A DNA stretch of 64,000 bases, taken from the NCBI GenBank assembly GCA_965140445.1, contig OZ223236.1:2048001-2112000 (forward strand). The letters are read 5' to 3'. This document shows, piece after piece, positions 57,175 to 64,000 of this stretch. The stretch comes from Candidatus Ozemobacteraceae bacterium (GTDB lineage: Bacteria; Muiribacteriota; Ozemobacteria; Ozemobacterales; Ozemobacteraceae). How positions within the stretch are numbered: position 1 is the stretch's first letter; every line of letters begins with the position of its first letter. A program made the translations under genes and the position numbers. The notes beneath the pieces are model-generated. The model saw only the letters and a list, made by a program, of their open reading frames with translations. It searched no databases and was not told the origin of the DNA.

Positions 57175-59750
57175 TTTTCAAGAGCATCAGTGCTGTTTTT
57201 TGTTTTATCTTTATCAAGTTTTTCACTATGAATAATTTGTTGGAGTATATCTTGTTTGCCGTTTTCTTCCAGGAATTTTTTTAAATCGGCAAATCTTTCA
57301 GCTCTGGTAGAAACCCAGTCTTTTGGACACTGGGCATAAGCGATAGTAAGAAGTTCCTGTGCTGTTTCTATCTTTCCCTGTTTCCAATACAATATTCCAA
57401 GACTATGTGAAATCATGAGCAGGTCTGCTAGAAATGGGGGCTGAGCTTGATTGAAAAGTATTTGAGCATTTTCTAATAATATTTGTGCTCTTTCCAGGTT
57501 AATTTCATGGCTTGCCAATATAAATCCTACGGCATTCATGTATCTGGGATCTTTAGGTTCTTTTTTTAAGGCTAATTCAAAAAACTTTAAAGCGTTTTTG
57601 TAATCTTTTTTCCGGCTTTTTAATAACCCTTGAAGATATAAACTGTCTCCTGAGTTTTTTTGAATTGTTTTTACCTTGGACAGAAGCTCTTCACATTTTT
57701 GGTATTGTCCTTTTCTTGCAGCAATTGAAGCCAGACTTATTCTTATTCTATCTGCTGCAATACGTTCTTCTTTTGAATTAACAGGTATCAAAAACAGGCC
57801 TTCCTCAAAAATTCGTTGGGCATCATCTAATCTGCCTTCGGCAACTAGTATTTTACCAAGTAATTCATATGAACTAGGAGCCTGGCTCCAATCTAGACTT
57901 TGTAGAGCATATCTATGAGCTTCCAGAATCATTTTTCTCTCAAAAAGGATTCTTGCCATTTCAAATCTTGTGTTAAAGGCGTTTGGCACCATTCCATCTA
58001 ATCTTTTTAGAGTTTCCTGGGTTTCATTTAACTTGCTCAACTTTTCAAAAGCCTGTGCCAGCCCGAAATGAGCCTGAAGAGATTGAGGATTAACTCTAAT
58101 AGCTTCTTCAAAGGCGTTAGCACTCAGCTCATAGTTTCCGTCTCTTAAACCTTTTGCCCCCTTAAACAGGCTAGTTTGCTCTGATTGGTAGGTTGCCTGG
58201 ACAACGTATGCGCTGAATACAAAGGCGACAGGTAAAAATAGATACGCAAGAGAAATATAAGAAAATTTTCTTTTCCATTGAATGTCTCTTAGACAAACAG
58301 AGCTGTGAAGGCTTAAGATTAAAATAAACGTGCTCATAAGCGGCTGTACAGATATTGTGTTGTTGGCAAAGCTGTAGAAAACAAAAGAAAAGATTGAAAT
58401 CGCAATTGTTTTTGCAAATGGGTCATGATTTTCATTTGTTTTTTTGCCATCACTTTTCCATGAAATGTTAGCAAGAGTGGTTATGGCAAGCAGTATTGGA
58501 ATCGAAAAGAAGAACTCCTTTGAATTAAAAAAGCCAGCAGAATATAATCCGGCGGAGATCAGTATCAGTGTAACAGTCGGCATCAGATGAAAAAATGAAA
58601 AGTGCACTTTGCTTAGGTCTTTATCTGTAGGAACTATCTTTTGCTTAAATTGTTTCCAGGAATGGAACTTCCAAAAAACAGCCAAGAAGCTGATAACAGC
58701 AAAAAGTCCGAAAAAGCCCAATTCTGACAGGATTGAAACTATTGCTGAATGAGGATCATCGTTATAAACCTTAAGACCCAATGCTGTTCCAAGTTTCGGA
58801 CGAAATAAAGGCATTAAGTAAGGAGTTGCTCCTGGCCCCATGCCAGTTGTTGGATGTTGTAAAAAAATGGAAAATCCCATTTGCCAAAGCATTAAACGTG
58901 AAACTAGAGAAAAATAGCCGGTAGGAGCTTTTCCCAGACTCTGCCAGGGATAATTGGAAGTAGAGTAAAACACAATTCCATGTGCCAGTACAACTACAAT
59001 CGCAATTATGATTCCAGGAATAAATGGTGAGTTTCTTATTATTTTTCCCGGTTTAATCTCCCAAAATTTAAAGAAGAACATTAGCAGGCCGAGTATCACA
59101 CAAATCAAGGCAGATTTTGAGCCAGAAATAGTTATAACAAAAAATTGAATTGCAAAAAGGATTAAAAGAAAAGCTCTCTTCAATAAAGAATCTTTAATTC
59201 CCTCGATGGCAAAACCAAATGTTAAGAGACTGGTAATCATCAGATAGGATGCTAGAAAATTTGGATTGCTAAAAGTTCCCACTACTTCGTAAGGGGAGTT
59301 TGACCATGAAAAAATATCAAGTCCGGCTTTTTGAAATAAGCAATATACAGCCATCGCTGTTCCACTGAAAATTACCAGGCTGATTAGGTTACCGTTATCT
59401 TCCTTTTTTCTGGATAAACGTAAATAAATTACGAGTAAAAGGTAGGTAATCCATAAAACAGCTATTCGAATACTCGATGCGAAAGGCGTTAAGAGGGTTG
59501 ATATTGTTATGAACAAATATAGTAAAAGAGCTGGCCCCCAATATGGGATCTGTCCTCGTCTGGGTCTAAAAAAAAGAATTATTACAGAAAAGATACAAAT
59601 TGCTGCAGCGCCAGCAAAAAGAATTCCCCATTGCTGAGTAATGAACGGGTCAATTTGATTTGTGCTTACAATCCACGGCGAAATTGCCAGAAAAATTGAT
59701 ATTATAAGCCCAGATATTCTGAGGAGAAAATCTAATGATCTTGGTAACAT
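57171..59750 (-). CDS. O-antigen ligase-like (Wzy_C) membrane protein with C-terminal TPRs
   Basis: Many TMs, GTFSNPNFLA, SGSKS, RLMLW...HP..GMG, PHS..LSELG. Confidence 0.82.
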   Translation of the reverse strand: MLPRSLDFLLRISGLIISIFLAISPWIVSTNQIDPFITQQWGILFAGAAAICIFSVIILFFRPRRGQIPYWGPALLLYLFITISTLLTPFASSIRIAVLWITYLLLVIYLRLSRKKEDNGNLISLVIFSGTAMAVYCLFQKAGLDIFSWSNSPYEVVGTFSNPNFLASYLMITSLLTFGFAIEGIKDSLLKRAFLLILFAIQFFVITISGSKSALICVILGLLMFFFKFWEIKPGKIIRNSPFIPGIIIAIVVVLAHGIVFYSTSNYPWQSLGKAPTGYFSLVSRLMLWQMGFSIFLQHPTTGMGPGATPYLMPLFRPKLGTALGLKVYNDDPHSAIVSILSELGFFGLFAVISFLAVFWKFHSWKQFKQKIVPTDKDLSKVHFSFFHLMPTVTLILISAGLYSAGFFNSKEFFFSIPILLAITTLANISWKSDGKKTNENHDPFAKTIAISIFSFVFYSFANNTISVQPLMSTFILILSLHSSVCLRDIQWKRKFSYISLAYLFLPVAFVFSAYVVQATYQSEQTSLFKGAKGLRDGNYELSANAFEEAIRVNPQSLQAHFGLAQAFEKLSKLNETQETLKRLDGMVPNAFNTRFEMARILFERKMILEAHRYALQSLDWSQAPSSYELLGKILVAEGRLDDAQRIFEEGLFLIPVNSKEERIAADRIRISLASIAARKGQYQKCEELLSKVKTIQKNSGDSLYLQGLLKSRKKDYKNALKFFELALKKEPKDPRYMNAVGFILASHEINLERAQILLENAQILFNQAQPPFLADLLMISHSLGILYWKQGKIETAQELLTIAYAQCPKDWVSTRAERFADLKKFLEENGKQDILQQIIHSEKLDKDKTKNSTDALEK

Positions 59751-59751
59751 T

Positions 59752-60321
59752 TTACTCTGCGTATAATAGGGTCAGTGGAATTTCCAGATAATCGCCAACT
59801 TTTAAACCCATAGTTTTGACAGATCCTTTGGGCAATTCAAGAGCATATTGAGCCGACATAATTGAACTATATCTTGGCAAATTTTCTGAAGATAAGCCAT
59901 TACCTGGCTTCATATTTTCTATCCATTCAGTAATTTGTAAATTTTCTGAAAAGAAGATCAAATCAAGAGGAATAAAGGTGTTCATCATCCAAAAAGTCAT
60001 TTTTCTTGGATATGGATAGACAAACAACATGCCTTGATCTTTTGGAAGCTCTTTGTAGAACATTAATCCCTTAGTTCGTTGGGCAGCATTTCTGGCGAGC
60101 ATTATGTTTAAAGTATTGCTTGCCAATTTAGCTTCAACTTTTGGGAGATTCTGAGGTAACTCAGAAGAAAGAGAAGAGGAGTCGTCTGTGCTTGTTTTAT
60201 TAATAGTAGAATCTGCAATAGGATTTGCCAGACTGGATTGTTCGTCCGAATCGGCCCGGCAAGCAACCAGGAAAACATTTATTACAATTATAAAAAGTAT
60301 TAAATAGCGTCTATTTCTCAC
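59752..60321 (-). CDS. DUF192 family protein (probable lipoprotein)
   Basis: LVAC lipobox; GLMF, GMLFVY, FWMMNT..PLD, YALEL. Confidence 0.88.
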   Translation of the reverse strand: MRNRRYLILFIIVINVFLVACRADSDEQSSLANPIADSTINKTSTDDSSSLSSELPQNLPKVEAKLASNTLNIMLARNAAQRTKGLMFYKELPKDQGMLFVYPYPRKMTFWMMNTFIPLDLIFFSENLQITEWIENMKPGNGLSSENLPRYSSIMSAQYALELPKGSVKTMGLKVGDYLEIPLTLLYAE

Positions 60322-62063
60322 AGTATTCCAAGTTCTCTATTTATTTTGTCCAGAGCAACTTCGATCTCTTCGGCAGTATCCAACTCAAGAACAGGCTTTA
60401 TTTTCTGCTTAATATCTTTTAAGGAAAGAGTTCTAACTATTTCCTTTACAGTTGGGATTAATACCGCATTCATTGAAAGCTCTTTTAATCCTAGTCCAAG
60501 AAGAAGAGTCGTATATCGACTGTCTCCAGCCATTTCTCCACACAAGCTAATACCGATTTTTTCTCTTTCTGCAACTTCAACAACGTGTTTAATAAGTTTT
60601 ATAACCGCTGGATTAGTAGGCTGGTAGAGATGGGAAACCTTTGAGTTTGTTCTGTCAACGGCTAGTGTATATTGAACCAAATCGTTGCTTCCGATAGAAA
60701 AGAAATCAACTTCTTTGGCAAACCTGTCAGCTAATAGCGCAACAGAAGGTATTTCCACCATAATTCCAAGTTTTATTTCCGAAGGTATTTCATGTCCATT
60801 AGCTCTAAGTTCTTCAGCAACTTTTTTTAGAAGAGTTTTTACTTTTCTAAGTTCACTTAGATTCGATATCATCGGAAAAAGAATACTTACCTGGTCTTTT
60901 TCAGCATAAGAAGCAGCTCTAAGTATTGCTCTTAGCTGAGTGCAAAATATTTCTTCACAATCCAGAGCCATTCTGACCGCGCGCCAGCCAAGTTCAGGGT
61001 TTCTTTCCATTGAGTTCCCCATCAAATGAGAGATCTTGTCGCCGCCAATATCAATGGTTCGAATAACCAGTTGTGAATCGCCAAGCCGTTTTACTGCCGA
61101 AGAATACACTTCGAACAATTCATTTTCTGTAGGAAAGGTTCTTCGGGTTAAATAAGCAAATTCTGTTCTGTATAAGCCAACGCCTTCAGCATTATTGGCA
61201 AGGACTGCATCAAGATCACTTAATTGTCCCATGTTGGCATTTAATACAATTTTTTCGCCATCTTTTGTAATAGACGGCTCAGAAAGATTTGCAAAGATTT
61301 TTTCCTGTTTACTTCTAAATTCTTTTAAAGATTCTTCATATTTCTCAACTGTTATTTTGTCTGGATTTAGGAGAAGTGTTCCTTCGTTTCCATCAATAAT
61401 AGCAAAAGAATCATTTTTTACATGTTTGAAAAGGTCTCTAACCTGGATCAAAGCAGGAATACCCATAGATCTGGCAAGAATAGAGGCATGGGAAGTGGGT
61501 GTACCTTCTTCAATTACAATTCCAAGAATTTGTTGAGGATCAAAAGAGACTATTTCTGATGGAGTAAGATCTTCAGCAAGTATTATTACACCATTTCCAA
61601 GATCATTTTCGTTGGAATTAGATGACTGTGTTTTCATGCAATTTTTCAGAATTCTTTTTCCAACATCCATTATATCAATGGCTTTGCCTTGAAATTGGGG
61701 GTCTGGAAGATTTCTGAAAAAGTCGCTGTAGTCTTTTATTACGCCAGATACAACAGATTGAACATCTATAAGATTTTCTTTGACTCTTTTGATAACCTCT
61801 TTTTCAAGATCTGGGTCATCTATCAAGGTCAGATGAGCTTGAAATATATTTGAAATTTCAAGACTACTTTTTATCTGGGGAAGTTCGAGCAGCTGGTTTA
61901 TCTCATTTCTAGAAGCTTCAAGAGAAACTTTAAAACGGCTAATTTCTTTTGAGACATCGCCAGGATTGAGTGTACTTGCTTCAAACTCCTCAAACTCTAT
62001 GTGTTTGAGGCAATATGTACGACCCAGTGCAAATCCGGGTGAAATTGGCAACCCTTTGAGCAT
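60318..62063 (-). CDS. ptsI: PTS enzyme I (PEP-protein phosphotransferase)
   Basis: TSHASILAR, GLYRTEF, NPELGWR, MVEIPS, SIGSNDL, CGEMAG. Confidence 0.96.
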   Translation of the reverse strand: MLKGLPISPGFALGRTYCLKHIEFEEFEASTLNPGDVSKEISRFKVSLEASRNEINQLLELPQIKSSLEISNIFQAHLTLIDDPDLEKEVIKRVKENLIDVQSVVSGVIKDYSDFFRNLPDPQFQGKAIDIMDVGKRILKNCMKTQSSNSNENDLGNGVIILAEDLTPSEIVSFDPQQILGIVIEEGTPTSHASILARSMGIPALIQVRDLFKHVKNDSFAIIDGNEGTLLLNPDKITVEKYEESLKEFRSKQEKIFANLSEPSITKDGEKIVLNANMGQLSDLDAVLANNAEGVGLYRTEFAYLTRRTFPTENELFEVYSSAVKRLGDSQLVIRTIDIGGDKISHLMGNSMERNPELGWRAVRMALDCEEIFCTQLRAILRAASYAEKDQVSILFPMISNLSELRKVKTLLKKVAEELRANGHEIPSEIKLGIMVEIPSVALLADRFAKEVDFFSIGSNDLVQYTLAVDRTNSKVSHLYQPTNPAVIKLIKHVVEVAEREKIGISLCGEMAGDSRYTTLLLGLGLKELSMNAVLIPTVKEIVRTLSLKDIKQKIKPVLELDTAEEIEVALDKINRELGIL

Positions 62064-62173
62064 GAAAAAACCTTGAAATCAAAGTGATGACATCTTATCA
62101 TGAACCTTATTCAGTCGCAAGTTATTTCGTTTTTTTACAGTATTTTCACAACAAAATAGTCGCCGGAGGCATA

Positions 62174-62932
62174 ATGAACATTTTACTTTGCAATGATGAT
62201 GGAATACAGGCTTCAGGAATTATTTCAATGGCAAAACAGCTTTCCAAAATAGGAAAGGTTACTGTTGCAGCTCCTGATTCAGAAAGAAGTGCCGCCAGTA
62301 ATTCTTTAACCCTGTCTAGCCCTTTAAGGGTACAAAAAACAGATTTTCCAGCAGAGGTGGAAAACGCATATGCAATTTCAGGTATGCCAGCTGATTGTGC
62401 CAAAATTGCTCTTTCAACTTTATTGGAAACAAAACCAGATATCGTTGTTTCAGGAATTAATCGTGGTCCCAATATGTGCGTTGATGTCTTCTACTCGGGT
62501 ACAGTAGCAGCAGCTTTTGAAGGAGCTTTCAAGGGAATCTTAGCATTCTCCGTTTCTTTGGACTCGTTTGATTCCGGGGCAGATTTCGATTTGGCTGCAG
62601 AACGTGCGGCCAAAACAATTAAAAAACTTTTTGATCAAAAGGTTCCGACAGGACATGTTTACAATATTAATTTGCCGAATATCCCAGCAGATGAATTAAA
62701 GGGTACAAAAATTACTCGTCAGGGAAAGGTTGACTATAGGGAGAAATATATCAGACGAGAAGATCCCTATGGAAAGCCATATTACTGGATTCAGGGAAAC
62801 CCGGAAATTGTCGATGAAGACGATGATTGTGATATCGTAGCGGTTAAAAAAGGTTTTATTTCGATAACGCCTTTAAAAATTACTCTTACAGATTTTTCAT
62901 TAAAAGAAAAACTAGGAAGCATAGCCTTTTAA
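62174..62932 (+). CDS. surE: 5'/3'-nucleotidase SurE
   Basis: NDDG, GMPADC, SGINRGPN, YSGTVAAA; GGAGG RBS. Confidence 0.96.
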   Translation: MNILLCNDDGIQASGIISMAKQLSKIGKVTVAAPDSERSAASNSLTLSSPLRVQKTDFPAEVENAYAISGMPADCAKIALSTLLETKPDIVVSGINRGPNMCVDVFYSGTVAAAFEGAFKGILAFSVSLDSFDSGADFDLAAERAAKTIKKLFDQKVPTGHVYNINLPNIPADELKGTKITRQGKVDYREKYIRREDPYGKPYYWIQGNPEIVDEDDDCDIVAVKKGFISITPLKITLTDFSLKEKLGSIAF

Positions 62933-63729
62933 TGACTCTTCCTGACAAACTTAAAATTGGAATGTTGCAGTGGTCCGTTGTTAGGGGAGATTATGCTTAT
63001 AACTTTTCCAGGGTTACCTCTCTGATTGAAAGTTATGGTGATAAAGATTTTCCTCATATTTTAGCTTTTCCCGAAATGTGGTCATGTGGTTTTTGTGGTA
63101 AAACTTTATTTTTAGAGGCTGAGAAGTTTCCTGAGCGGGTGGATGATTTATGCCGGTTGGCTGCTTCGTGTGGCGCATGGATCGTCGCAGGGTCTATTCC
63201 TGAATTTATGAATGGAGAAAGGGTTTATAATACTCTATTGATAATTGATGCTTCCGGTAAGGTGAGGATGAAATATCGGAAGCTGCATTTATTCCCAAAT
63301 TCGAGAGAACCCGAATTTTTTGAAGCTGGAATAGAGCCGCCGGAGCCTGTTAAAGCCGGAAATTGGGTTATTGGCGCTTCTATTTGTTTTGACCTGAGAT
63401 TCCCTGAAGTTTTTAGATGGCAGTATGCGAAAGGGGCTAACATTTTTTTCAATCCTGCTCAATTCCCTGCACCTAGAAGAAACGGGTATATTTTCCTCGA
63501 AGGTGCCAGGGCGATCGAGAATCAAGCCATTTTTGCTACAATAAATAGAACTGGTGTAGATGGTTCCATGTCTTATTATGGTGGTAGTAATTTGTTTGAT
63601 GAAATGGGTGAATTGGTTGTCGAGGGAACCGATCTCGAAGAGCTTTGCGTTGGCGAAGTGGATTTTAAAAAATTGGCTGATCACAGAACCGAATTCGATT
63701 TTAAAGATAGCTTAGCAAGCTGCTTTTAA
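62932..63729 (+). CDS. carbon-nitrogen hydrolase (nitrilase/omega-amidase-like)
   Basis: E-K-C triad: FPEMW, YRKLHL, ICFDLRFPE. Confidence 0.9.
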   Translation: MTLPDKLKIGMLQWSVVRGDYAYNFSRVTSLIESYGDKDFPHILAFPEMWSCGFCGKTLFLEAEKFPERVDDLCRLAASCGAWIVAGSIPEFMNGERVYNTLLIIDASGKVRMKYRKLHLFPNSREPEFFEAGIEPPEPVKAGNWVIGASICFDLRFPEVFRWQYAKGANIFFNPAQFPAPRRNGYIFLEGARAIENQAIFATINRTGVDGSMSYYGGSNLFDEMGELVVEGTDLEELCVGEVDFKKLADHRTEFDFKDSLASCF

Positions 63730-63733
63730 TGAA

Positions 63734-64000
63734 ATGAACAGTTTATTTCAGACCAGGCTGAAGGGGATTCTGAGTCAGATTTCTTTTTTTTGCAAATACG
63801 AGGTCAAACATTTTAAAGAATTAGATTCCACAAATACGTTTTTAAAAAGTAGAATTGCATCTGGAAAAACCAACCCTATAATAGTAATCGCTGATCATCA
63901 AACGTCTGGGCGAGGGCAGTTTGATCGAGACTGGAATGATTTTCCGGGTAAATCTCTTTTATTTTCATTTTCTTTGGATTTGTCAGTTTTTAATAGCTTA
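63734..64000 (+). CDS. birA: biotin-protein ligase, 5' part (runs off the window)
   Basis: Translation gives ELDSTN...VIADHQTSGRGQFDRDW...KSLLFS; absent from ORF track because it is truncated. Confidence 0.85.
   Translation, partial: MNSLFQTRLKGILSQISFFCKYEVKHFKELDSTNTFLKSRIASGKTNPIIVIADHQTSGRGQFDRDWNDFPGKSLLFSFSLDLSVFNSL

Noticed and set aside
570..63684. Numerous 60-160-aa antisense or alternate-frame ORFs
   Set aside because: Shadows of well-supported genes with no motifs or RBS
1..64000. CRISPR arrays, tRNA/rRNA, transposases, integrases, prophage genes
   Set aside because: No spaced direct repeats, cloverleaf structures or relevant protein motifs seen by eye

Overview
AT-rich bacterial chromosome segment with standard genetic code and dense coding. 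LolA, many lipoproteins and TPR proteins alongside Firmicutes-like rny-ymdB, obgE-nadD/yqeK-LCP and DegS-like genes suggest a deep-branching diderm anaerobe (possibly Ca. Riflebacteria-like; this is inference only). Housekeeping genes include obgE, queA, tgt, uvrB, pyk, pgeF, rny, ptsI, surE and a partial birA. A 6S RNA lies on the minus strand at about 21.55-21.76 kb. Main accessory content: (1) a nine-gene sugar-phosphate-type bacterial microcompartment operon (deoB, rpiB, PduT/PduS-like, AldDH, BMC-P, BMC-H, PduL) that lacks DeoC and begins with a chimeric pseudo-triosephosphate-isomerase gene; (2) three paralogous beta-rich lipoproteins sharing a GCEKGxLGxK N-terminus, under divergent sigma-28-type promoters, one with a 1-nt frameshift; (3) similar sigma-28-like promoters in front of other envelope genes; (4) an operon headed by a degenerate GlyQ paralogue, with lolA, a B3-like/NucS-like protein and a two-component cluster; (5) an orphan membrane protein/zinc-ribbon/RDD triad. 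No CRISPR, tRNA, rRNA or mobile element was seen. All homology calls come from motif recognition by eye, not database searches.
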